Shown here: positions 17,526 through 25,919 of the stretch, in pieces
Position numbering within the stretch: position 1 is the first letter of the stretch
Layout: each line of letters begins with the position of its first letter
Notes under the pieces: generated by a model
What the model was told of the DNA's origin: nothing
Database searches by the model: none
The model's input: the letters and a program-made list of their open reading frames with translations, nothing else
Translations under genes and position numbers: made by a program
Assembly: GCA_012719035.1 (NCBI GenBank)
Contig: JAAYBD010000009.1
Location: forward strand, 246-64,245
Direction: 5' to 3'
Source: Clostridiales bacterium
GTDB lineage: Bacteria; Bacillota; Clostridia; Oscillospirales; Oscillospiraceae
DNA length: 64,000 nt

Positions 17526-18434
17526 ATGATTACAAAGCTTTTATCTAAAATAAGGCGATATAGATTTATTGCCGCTCTGTTCCTTATTTTTATCGTTATG
17601 GACTGCCTGCTCGGGGTCATGTTTGAAAGCTATACGGTGAAAAGCGGGAACTTCTGGTTAAATGATTATGAAATCACCCGCCGCGATCACCCCGAGGAAA
17701 TATGGGATAAGGTTTTCTACGGGAATTCAGCGGTTATTTCGGGTTACCGAGAGGATTTGAGTACGAGCGGATACACTAATTTCGGCATTGACTATGGCTC
17801 AATGCAAGATATGCTGAAGATTCTTCGCTCGGACAAGGTGAAAATCGGGGAAGAACTTGTAATAGGCATAAATTGGGCGGCTTTGTTCGATAATATGGAA
17901 ACAAATCCAAACTATTATTGGAACAGGGTAACTCTTGAGCCGTATAGCTATTTTCAGCGGGATAGGCTTTATGCGGCGTTTACTGGAAAGCTGAAATCAA
18001 TAGTGACCGGAGAACCATGGGCGGAAGGGCAGTTTGCCTATCAGACTAAGAGCTACTATTATTCAAGCTTGCCTACAGCTCAGTTGTTGGAAAAGGTTGA
18101 TGTCTATCAAGAACGTTACTGGTCGACTGGCGTGGAAGGCTGTAGCAAAAATCTTGAGGCAATAGGAGAAATCGTCGGCTTCTGCAAGGAAAACGATATT
18201 CGGCTGCGCATAGTTTTAATGCCGTGGAATCCGGCAATAGAAAAGACTGATGTCATATCAGAGCTTGATAAGAGCGTGATTGACATATGCAGGGAAAACG
18301 ATATTGAATACCTCGATTTTTCAGATGCTTTTGATGCAGAATGCTTTTATGATTTGGGACATATGAGCTATGAATACGGCTCACATGTTTTTACGGAGGC
18401 GATTGACAAGTGGCTGAATTCAAAAAAAGAATAG
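17526..18434 (+). CDS. DltD-like membrane-anchored SGNH-type acyl transfer protein (short form, 302 aa)
   Basis: N-terminal TM (FIAALFLIFIVMDCLLGV). FYGNSAV (GxS block) and C-terminal DLGHM (DxxH block). Occupies the dltD position in the operon. Confidence 0.55.
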   Translation: MITKLLSKIRRYRFIAALFLIFIVMDCLLGVMFESYTVKSGNFWLNDYEITRRDHPEEIWDKVFYGNSAVISGYREDLSTSGYTNFGIDYGSMQDMLKILRSDKVKIGEELVIGINWAALFDNMETNPNYYWNRVTLEPYSYFQRDRLYAAFTGKLKSIVTGEPWAEGQFAYQTKSYYYSSLPTAQLLEKVDVYQERYWSTGVEGCSKNLEAIGEIVGFCKENDIRLRIVLMPWNPAIEKTDVISELDKSVIDICRENDIEYLDFSDAFDAECFYDLGHMSYEYGSHVFTEAIDKWLNSKKE

Positions 18435-18553
18435 AAGAGTTTTTAAAAACGCCTGCGGGTATCGCTGCGGAAGTTCTTGTATATGCTGTGATGATGATTT
18501 TGGTGTTAATTTTCTTTACCGGAAACGGGCAGTTCATCTACGAGGCATTTTAG
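18410..18553 (+). CDS. dltX: DltX-like 47-aa membrane micro-protein with C-terminal FxYxxF motif (not in ORF track)
   Basis: GTG at 18410, 10 nt after GGAGG. My translation: MAEFKKRIEEFLKTPAGIAAEVLVYAVMMILVLIFFTGNGQFIYEAF. One TM helix and a terminal FIYEAF. The stop codon sits inside the RBS of the next gene. Confidence 0.6.
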   Translation: MAEFKKRIEEFLKTPAGIAAEVLVYAVMMILVLIFFTGNGQFIYEAF

Positions 18554-18564
18554 GAGGCTTTATT

Positions 18565-19032
18565 ATGATAATACGCAAAGCCGAGGAACGGGACATGGAG
18601 AGTCTCCTTGATATGTACGACAAGATGTATGAGATACTGTGCGGAGAATACGGCTATCCGTTTGAGCTTAGCAGGACGGATAACCGCGAGGTTCTTGCCG
18701 TGCAGATGCGCTCAAAGCTGTGCAAGGTGCTTGTTGCCGAGGATAACGGCTCTTTGGTGGGATTTGTTCATACTTCTATTTCTAAGCTTGACCGCAGGTT
18801 TACGTTCAAAGGACAGCGGGTTATAGGCAGGATCGATGATATCTATGTTTCGGGAGAGGCAAGAGGTTCGGGACTTGCACAAGATCTTCTTGAGAAAGCT
18901 GAAGAATGGCTTCGGGAAGAAGGAATAGAAATTGTCGAAAGCTATATTCTTGACCGGAATGAGCGCTCCCTGCGTTTTCACCAAAAAGATGGTTTTCAGA
19001 TCCTGTCCAAGCGCACTTATAAAGTCTTGTGA
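18565..19032 (+). CDS. GNAT family N-acetyltransferase
   Basis: 155 aa with acetyl-CoA binding block IYVSGEARGSGLAQDLLEKAEEW. RBS TTAGGAGG overlaps the upstream stop. Confidence 0.75.
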   Translation: MIIRKAEERDMESLLDMYDKMYEILCGEYGYPFELSRTDNREVLAVQMRSKLCKVLVAEDNGSLVGFVHTSISKLDRRFTFKGQRVIGRIDDIYVSGEARGSGLAQDLLEKAEEWLREEGIEIVESYILDRNERSLRFHQKDGFQILSKRTYKVL

Positions 19033-19067
19033 AAATAATTATATGTATTTCAGCAGCAGAAATTTGA

Positions 19068-19102
19068 ATATCCCCAAAGCATTATGCTTTGGGGATATTT
19101 TC
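19068..19102 (+). terminator. rho-independent terminator closing the dlt-like/GNAT operon
   Basis: CCCCAAAGCA-tta-TGCTTTGGGG followed by ATATTTTC. Confidence 0.7.
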
Positions 19103-19132
19103 AATAAATATTAAAAAGCCATATGCAAATAT

Positions 19133-19176
19133 AAAAAGGATATGAAAAACCGAAAAGCGATTTTCCATATCCTTAA
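19133..19176 (-). terminator. terminator after hypA
   Basis: GGATATGGAAAA...TTTTCATATCC hairpin read on the minus strand, followed by TTTTTATATTT. Confidence 0.55.
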
Positions 19177-19202
19177 AATAGTATAAATTTCAAAAGGCTA
19201 TG

Positions 19203-19550
19203 CTAAATAATACCCACGCTTATGATTTGAAAACCGTATCCCGATATCAAACGAAGAGCCTGACTGCCGCAATGTTCGCAGACATATTCGGGACCAAGCT
19301 CGTTGTAAACGGTTTTTCCTCCGCATTTGCGGCAAGTAAAAACCGCCGGATCGGGTTCAATCGCAATCTCTGCGTCTTTAGCTATGGTGTCCTTTGAGAT
19401 TACGTCAAAAAACGACTGCACATAAGTCGGGATAACGCCGGACATCAGACCGACCTTTAGAGTGATTTTCGTCACTTTTTTACCGCCGTGCTCCTCGGCA
19501 ACTCGGAGAGCAGTGTCCAGCACGTCGGTCATTATGCCAAGCTCATGCAT
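19203..19550 (-). CDS. hypA: HypA-family metallochaperone (hydrogenase nickel incorporation protein-like)
   Basis: MHELGIMTDVLD N-terminus (MHE metal site) and the zinc motif CRKCGG...CEHCGS. Confidence 0.75.
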   Translation of the reverse strand: MHELGIMTDVLDTALRVAEEHGGKKVTKITLKVGLMSGVIPTYVQSFFDVISKDTIAKDAEIAIEPDPAVFTCRKCGGKTVYNELGPEYVCEHCGSQALRLISGYGFQIISVGII

Positions 19551-19553
19551 AGT

Positions 19554-20531
19554 TTATGCGTTCTGCTGAGCCTTGAGTGCCTTAATGTCCAGAGGAGCAA
19601 GGACATCGGGATCAACCAGCTCAAGAGTGATAGCATCCTTCTTGCAGGCAAGGAGACAAGCTTCGCAGCCGCGGCAGAGATCCTCGTTTACCTGAATAAG
19701 GTTGTCTTTATCTCTGTAGATTGCGAGGAAGTTACACTTCTTTTCGCACATACCGCAGTTTACGCATTTTTCTTTGTCGATCTTTGCGATGTAGCCTGAG
19801 CCCGCCATCATGGGAGCGGTGAGATAGTTCTGGGAAAGCAGGGCGGTGCAGCAGCAGGGACAGCAGTTGCAGATGCTGTACAGACGGCCTGCGGCAACAT
19901 CCTTAAAGAACGCTGCATGTACGTTTCCTCTTTCGTGGCACTCGCGGAGAACCTGAAGAGCCTCTTCCTGGGTGACAAGACGGCCGTTTAAGTATCTGTC
20001 GCGGTCAAGGCACCACGACACCCAAGGCTCACCAATAACGATGCAGACGTCGCGGGGCTCACAGCCTTTTTCGCCTCTGACGTTGCGGCATACGCAGTCG
20101 ATTACGGCGATGCGGTCCGGAGCCTCGATGATGGCGTTGCGGGCGATTTCATAGGGCATAATTGTCTTGGGCAGCTCGCCGAGATTGAGGTCCTCAGTGA
20201 GAGTAACGACCTGCTCTGCGTCCTCAAGACGGAGAACTTTAGCATGGTATGTATTCGTCATAAGTGAACCGACACCTCTGTTGCACTCGTTAACGCCGGT
20301 TTTTACAAGCTCTGCAACGATATCGAACTCAATGCCCTCGGGCTTTTTGAGATCGTCAGGCTCGGGTAGATAATTGTTGAAAGATTCTCTCATGTAGTAA
20401 ACATAGAGAGGGATATATCCGAAATAAAGCTGTGCGTGCATGAGGTTTGCAAAGCCCTCATGGTTGCGGGGGAAAGCCTTGGCGAGGGCGCGCTGCGATT
20501 TTTTTCTGACTTCGGGATCGTTGTTGTACAT
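19554..20531 (-). CDS. Cys-rich 4Fe-4S dicluster domain protein, function unknown
   Basis: C-terminal CVNCGMCEKKC and CRGCEACLLAC ferredoxin motifs, plus an unusual CNCCPCCC cluster and VIDCVCRN. AAGGAG RBS. Confidence 0.6.
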   Translation of the reverse strand: MYNNDPEVRKKSQRALAKAFPRNHEGFANLMHAQLYFGYIPLYVYYMRESFNNYLPEPDDLKKPEGIEFDIVAELVKTGVNECNRGVGSLMTNTYHAKVLRLEDAEQVVTLTEDLNLGELPKTIMPYEIARNAIIEAPDRIAVIDCVCRNVRGEKGCEPRDVCIVIGEPWVSWCLDRDRYLNGRLVTQEEALQVLRECHERGNVHAAFFKDVAAGRLYSICNCCPCCCTALLSQNYLTAPMMAGSGYIAKIDKEKCVNCGMCEKKCNFLAIYRDKDNLIQVNEDLCRGCEACLLACKKDAITLELVDPDVLAPLDIKALKAQQNA

Positions 20532-20971
20532 AATTTTGACTCCTTATTCTAAACAAAATTTTGCGTTTCGCCTGCCGGCGGGATGAGCACTTGTATTGAA
20601 CAAAGGACACAGAGTGGCCTTTTATGGGGATGAATAGCCAATTCTACAAAGTACCTCATATTATTTATACAAGTTTATTATAATTCATAGGTATTTAAAA
20701 TGCAAGCACTACGCATTTTATTAGTACCTGCCAAAGATATGCTTTAAAATACCCGGCAGCAGGTTTGAATAATAAAAATGAAACATAATGAATCAACTGT
20801 GATACAAAATGTATAGTGAATGGTTCAATATTTCTAAACACTTTTAGATTAGGGGCACATATGCCGGGAAATAAGAAATGAAGATAAAAGAAGGAGGTCC
20901 GATCATATGTAAATATTGCAAATATTCCCGATACATTATTATGTGTTTTTAACAAAAGAGGAGCTTACATC

Positions 20972-21001
20972 TTGCATTGGCACACCGTTTGCTTGTATAA
21001 T
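20972..21001 (+). promoter_or_regulatory. putative sigma-A promoter for the crotonase/fadN/thiolase genes
   Basis: TTGCAT (20972-20977), 18 nt spacer, TATAAT (20996-21001) preceded by TG. Confidence 0.4.
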
Positions 21002-21074
21002 GCATTAGTGAGTTCTCTGCAAAAGCGGAAAAACACGATAAATCTCTATTTTTCAATCAGAAAGGACAAGAATC

Positions 21075-21881
21075 ATGGAATTTACTAAGGTTAAGTATGC
21101 AGTAACTGACAGAGTTGCAATTATCTCTATGGACAGTCCCAAGAACATGAACGCATTTGATGAAGTTATGCTGGATGAGCTCGAGAAGGCAATCGGCATG
21201 GCCGATGCCAACGCCGACGTCAAGGCTATCATCATCAACAGCACCACTGACAAGGCTTTCTCTGCAGGCGGAGACGTTGCCGCAATGTATGACGGCGTGA
21301 AGAACCACTCCAAGGAAGAGTTTATTGCAGAGTTCGGCAAGTCCATCGCGAAGATGGCAAACGTTACCAAGGCAATCCTCAAAAGCCCGAAGCCCGTTGT
21401 CGGCGCTGTTCAGGGTGCTTGCGCCGGTGCTGGTGTTGGCGTGGCTCTGGCCTGCGACTACACAATGGCTACTCAGGCATCTGTCTTTATGACCGCTTTC
21501 TCCAAGCTCGGCTTGGTTCCCGATGCCGGCGGCATCTACCTTCTCACCCGCGCTGTTGGCTTCAAGAAGGCCAATGAGCTCGCAATGGACGGCGGCCAGA
21601 TGGTATTCGCAGATGACGCCAAGGCTCTTGGCATGATCAACGAAGTCATCGAGGACGACGATGCATTCGCAGACGCTGTCATGAAGAAGGCAAAGAAGTT
21701 CACCTACGGTCCTTCCGATTCTTATAAGTACATCAAGGAGCTTGTATGGGAGTCTGAGTTCAAGGGCTTTGAAGAGTACGTTAAAAAAGAAGTTGAAGCA
21801 CAGATGATCTGCGGCGGCACCGATGACTTCGCCGAGGGCGTTTCCGCATTCAACGAGAAGAGAAGAGCAAGCTTTAAATAA
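21075..21881 (+). CDS. Enoyl-CoA hydratase/isomerase (crotonase) family protein
   Basis: 268 aa with FSAGGDV oxyanion region and GAVQGACAGAGVGVALACD. Confidence 0.85.
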   Translation: MEFTKVKYAVTDRVAIISMDSPKNMNAFDEVMLDELEKAIGMADANADVKAIIINSTTDKAFSAGGDVAAMYDGVKNHSKEEFIAEFGKSIAKMANVTKAILKSPKPVVGAVQGACAGAGVGVALACDYTMATQASVFMTAFSKLGLVPDAGGIYLLTRAVGFKKANELAMDGGQMVFADDAKALGMINEVIEDDDAFADAVMKKAKKFTYGPSDSYKYIKELVWESEFKGFEEYVKKEVEAQMICGGTDDFAEGVSAFNEKRRASFK

Positions 21882-22294
21882 ACATCAAAAGCTGCGATTG
21901 CATCTGACGGGGAACGGTCATGTTCCAGATGTCACTTGTATGAATTGCAAAAAGACCTGATTTTCCTGATCTTTAAAAATGCAGGCGCGGTGCTGCCGCC
22001 TTTCCGGAGGCAGATCGGCTGTATTCAAGCATAACTGTCGTCGCCGGCGGAAGGGAACGGCTAAGCGGTTTGTATGGGCTTTATGCCTTACTGTCGTTTA
22101 ACGCCTTCCCGCCGCGGCGATAGTGACATGCTTGCAGCCATTTTCAGACCGGGTCTGCACTAACCTAAAAAGCGCGTGGCGCAAGTCAGTGCTTTAATAA
22201 GTATCGTTCCAAAGAAGTCACTAAGTAAATCCCGCACGAGACTGGGAAGTCTGGTGCTGAGTTTAATAGAAAGCAAAAGGAGAGAAGCTATCTC

Positions 22295-24634
22295 ATGAGT
22301 AAGAACATTAATAAAGCCGTCGTAATGGGCGCCGGTGTCATGGGTGCATCAATCGCCGGCCTGCTGGCAAGCGTCGGCGTACAGGTTACTCTGCTGGACA
22401 TCGTTCCGCCCAAGGGCCTGACCGATGAAGAGAAGGCAAAGGGTCTCACGGAGGAGAGCTATGAATTCCGCAACCGCTTCGCCCTTGCCGGCCTTGATAA
22501 CATCAAGAAGCCCAGGAACAACATGCTCTATTACAAGGGCGCAATCCAGAACATCCGCATCGGTAACACCACCGACAACCTCGACTACATCCGTGACGCG
22601 GACTGGATTGTCGAAGCTGCCTCCGAGAACATTGCTGTTAAGCAGAGCGTGTTCAAACAGATCGAGCCGTACCGTCAGGCGGATGCTATCGTTTCCTCCA
22701 ACACCTCCGGTGTTAACGTACACAGCATCGTTGATGGTCTGAGCGATGACCTTAAAAAGTATTTCATGGGCACCCACTTCTTCAACCCCCCCCGCTGGAT
22801 GGCTCTGTTTGAGATGATCCCCACCAAGTGGACGGACAAGGCTGCCTATGCACGTATGCAGGATTTCGCTGAGAACTCCCTCGGCAAAATCGTTGTCCAT
22901 GCTAAGGATACACCCAACTTCGTCGGAAACCGTATCGGCGTTTTCGCCGCTGTTACCGCTCTTCGTCTCTCCGAGAAGTACGGATACGACGTCCCGACTC
23001 TGGACGCACTGACCGGACCTATCATGGCTCACCCCAAGTCCGCAACCTGCAAAACCTCTGATATGGTTGGTCTGGACATTCTCTGCCATGTTGCTGACAA
23101 CGTCCTCAACGTTACAACTAACGAGCGTGAGAAGGTCGAATATGATCCTCCTCAGTTCCTCAAGGACATGGTTGCAGACGGTCACCTTGGCGACAAGGTA
23201 AAGCACGGCTTCTACAAGAAGGAAATCATCGACGGCAAAAAGACCGTTCTGTGCTATGACCCCAAGACCAAGGAATACATCAACAAGAAGGCAGACGAGC
23301 TGCCCGCAATTGAGGCTGCTAAAGCTTCCGACAATAAGTATGAATACATGACCTTTGGTGATTCCAAAGAGCAGAAGTTCACATATGAGTTCAACAAAAC
23401 CCTCCTCCTTTATGCAGCACGTCTTGTTCCCGAAATCGCAGACGATTTCAGGGAAATCGACAAGGCTCTTACCGCAGGATTCAACTGGTCCCTCGGCGTA
23501 TTCCAGCTGTGGGATAAGATCGGCGTAAGACGTTCTGTCGAGGCATGGCAGGCTGACGGCGAAGAGATCCCGAAGTGGGTTCTTGATATGCTCGCATCCG
23601 GTCAGGAGAAGTTCTATTCATCAGAAGTAACTACAAGCAAGTATCTGACACTGAAGGGCACCAACGAAGTTGCTGGAAACGAAAACGCTTCCATCCGCGA
23701 CATCGGCGACGGCGTCCTCTGCCTTGAGTTCCACAGCACCGGCAACGCCATCGGCGAACTTGTTGGTGAGATGATCCTCAAAGCTACCGATATGCTCAAG
23801 GGCGACGATTGGGCCGGTCTTGTTGTCGGTAACGAAGGCAAGAACTTCTGCGCGGGCGCAGACCTTGTTACAATCGTAAACCTTGCTCAGGATAAAGAGT
23901 TTGATAAGCTGAACGACCTTATCGTTGGTCTTCAGGAAGGCACCAAGGCACTCAAGTTTGCTGCTCGTCCTGTTGTTTCCGCACCGTTCGGTCAGACTCT
24001 CGGCGGCGGCTGCGAAGTTGCCATTCACTGCCCTGCAGCTGTACCGGTTACCGATACTTTCATGGGTCTTGTTGAAGTCGGCGTAGGTCTTATTCCTGCA
24101 GGCGGCGGCTGCACAGAAATGCTCATCCGTATGATGGATCGCTGCTTCAACGACCAGAAGAAGTCCCGCTACGATGCGATTAAGGCTCTGTGGCAGTACA
24201 TCATGATGGCTAAGGTCAACGTTGGCGCTGACGCAGCTATTGAAGCAGGCTTCTTCTCCAAGGGCACCTATGTTGAGCGCAACAAGGCAAAGCAGATTCA
24301 GTCTGCAAAAGAGCAGGTTCTTTGGATGGCAAAGCATAACTATCGTCCCGCAGCTGACCCCACCATCAAGGTTATGGGTGAATACGGCTACGGTGCAATC
24401 GCATACGACATGCTGATGATGAAGAACGGTCACTTCGGCTCTGACCACGACATCCTCATTGGTCAGAAGATAGCACACGTTATCACCGGCGGCAATCTGC
24501 CCTATGGTGCAGAGGTTCCCGCTCAGCAGATCCGCGATCTTGAGCGCGAAGCATTCTTGTCCCTTGCCGGCGAACAAAAGACACAGGATCGTATCATAGG
24601 CATGCTTATGAACGGCAAGCCTGTCCGCAATTAA
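22295..24634 (+). CDS. fadN: Bifunctional 3-hydroxyacyl-CoA dehydrogenase (N-terminal) / enoyl-CoA hydratase-like (C-terminal), FadN type
   Basis: 779 aa. NAD fold VVMGAGVMGASIAG at the N-terminus and a crotonase-like C-terminus (FCAGADL). Same domain order and size as B. subtilis FadN. Confidence 0.8.
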   Translation: MSKNINKAVVMGAGVMGASIAGLLASVGVQVTLLDIVPPKGLTDEEKAKGLTEESYEFRNRFALAGLDNIKKPRNNMLYYKGAIQNIRIGNTTDNLDYIRDADWIVEAASENIAVKQSVFKQIEPYRQADAIVSSNTSGVNVHSIVDGLSDDLKKYFMGTHFFNPPRWMALFEMIPTKWTDKAAYARMQDFAENSLGKIVVHAKDTPNFVGNRIGVFAAVTALRLSEKYGYDVPTLDALTGPIMAHPKSATCKTSDMVGLDILCHVADNVLNVTTNEREKVEYDPPQFLKDMVADGHLGDKVKHGFYKKEIIDGKKTVLCYDPKTKEYINKKADELPAIEAAKASDNKYEYMTFGDSKEQKFTYEFNKTLLLYAARLVPEIADDFREIDKALTAGFNWSLGVFQLWDKIGVRRSVEAWQADGEEIPKWVLDMLASGQEKFYSSEVTTSKYLTLKGTNEVAGNENASIRDIGDGVLCLEFHSTGNAIGELVGEMILKATDMLKGDDWAGLVVGNEGKNFCAGADLVTIVNLAQDKEFDKLNDLIVGLQEGTKALKFAARPVVSAPFGQTLGGGCEVAIHCPAAVPVTDTFMGLVEVGVGLIPAGGGCTEMLIRMMDRCFNDQKKSRYDAIKALWQYIMMAKVNVGADAAIEAGFFSKGTYVERNKAKQIQSAKEQVLWMAKHNYRPAADPTIKVMGEYGYGAIAYDMLMMKNGHFGSDHDILIGQKIAHVITGGNLPYGAEVPAQQIRDLEREAFLSLAGEQKTQDRIIGMLMNGKPVRN

Positions 24635-24646
24635 GGGGGAAATATC

Positions 24647-25831
24647 ATGAGAGAAGCAGTAGTAGTAGCATATGGACGTAGTGCCATCGGAAAGTCTCCC
24701 AAGGGCACACTGAAAGATACAAGACCTGAAGAGTATGCAGCACAGGTCATAAAGGGCGTACTTGCAAAGGTTCCTACCTTTAATCCCGCTCTGATCGACG
24801 ACCTTATCCTCGGCTGCGCCTTCCAGGAAGCTGAAACAGGCACAAACGTAGCTCGTAACATCGGTCTTCTTGCAGGCATTCCTGAGACCGTTCCTGCACA
24901 GACTGTTAACCGTTTCTGCTCTTCCGGAATTCAGTCCATCGCAATGGGCGCAAACGCAATTATGGCAGGACAGGCTGACGTCATCCTCGCCGGCGGCGTT
25001 GAAACCATGTCCATGGTTCCCATGGGCGGCAACCTTAACGTTCCTAACGTTAAGCTTGGTACGGAAGTTATGCCCACAGCTATGACAGCAATGGGTAACA
25101 CAGCTGAAAACGTTGCTGCAAAATACGGCATTACCCGTGAAATGCAGGATGAGTTTGCTTTAAACAGCCACAAGAAGGCAGAAGCAGCTCAGGCAGCCGG
25201 CAAGTTTGATGACGAAATCATCACGGTTGACGCTGTCAAGTACAAAAAAGACCATAAGACCGGTCATGTTGTTAAGTACACCGAGCCCTTTAACAAGGAC
25301 GAAGGTATCCGTTACAACCTCACCATGGAGCAGCTTCAGAAGCTTAAGCCCGTTTTCCAGAAGGATGGAACAGTTACCGCAGGTAACGCTTCCCAGATGA
25401 ACGACGCAGCATCTGTTGTTCTTCTTATGTCCAAGGAGAAGGCTGAAGAGCTTGGTCTCAAGCCCATCGCAAAATTTGTCAGCTTTGCAGTAGCAGGCTG
25501 CGCTCCCGATTACATGGGACTTGGTCCTATTTATGCAGTACCCAAGGCACTTAAGCTCGCTGGCCTCAAGCAGGAAGATATCGATGTTTGGGAACTCAAC
25601 GAAGCTTTCGCTGCTCAGGCTCTTGGCTGCATCAAAGAAATGGGTCTTGAGAATGCAAATGTCAACCCCAACGGCGGCGGCGTAGCTCTGGGTCACCCCC
25701 TCGGCTGCACAGGCGCGATGCTGACCTGCAAGCTCCTTTCCGAGCTCAAGCGCACCGGCAAAAAGTACGGTGTTGTATCCATGTGCATCGGCGGCGGTAT
25801 GGGTGCTGCCGGCGTATATGAAATGTGCTAA
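24647..25831 (+). CDS. fadA: Acetyl-CoA C-acyltransferase (thiolase)
   Basis: 394 aa with VNRFCSSGIQS (active Cys) and the C-terminal NPNGGGVALGHPLGCTG...CIGGGMG. Confidence 0.9.
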   Translation: MREAVVVAYGRSAIGKSPKGTLKDTRPEEYAAQVIKGVLAKVPTFNPALIDDLILGCAFQEAETGTNVARNIGLLAGIPETVPAQTVNRFCSSGIQSIAMGANAIMAGQADVILAGGVETMSMVPMGGNLNVPNVKLGTEVMPTAMTAMGNTAENVAAKYGITREMQDEFALNSHKKAEAAQAAGKFDDEIITVDAVKYKKDHKTGHVVKYTEPFNKDEGIRYNLTMEQLQKLKPVFQKDGTVTAGNASQMNDAASVVLLMSKEKAEELGLKPIAKFVSFAVAGCAPDYMGLGPIYAVPKALKLAGLKQEDIDVWELNEAFAAQALGCIKEMGLENANVNPNGGGVALGHPLGCTGAMLTCKLLSELKRTGKKYGVVSMCIGGGMGAAGVYEMC

Positions 25832-25876
25832 CACTTTCTGATTAACAATTCAAGTTAACTTCATAACACAATAGGG

Positions 25877-25919
25877 TTCCCGCACTTCCTGATATGGGAG
25901 TGCGGGAATCTTATTTTTA
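25877..25919 (+). terminator. rho-independent terminator after the thiolase gene
   Basis: TTCCCGCACT...AGTGCGGGAA followed by TCTTATTTTT. Confidence 0.75.

Noticed and set aside
20695-20955. 86-aa minus-strand ORF in the AT-rich divergent intergenic region
   Set aside because: AT-rich, low-complexity translation with no RBS. The region is better explained as promoter/5'UTR DNA for the flanking divergent operons.
22349-24577. 285-aa and 318-aa minus-strand ORFs within fadN
   Set aside because: Antisense shadow ORFs in a GC-rich, strongly codon-biased gene. No motifs and no RBS.
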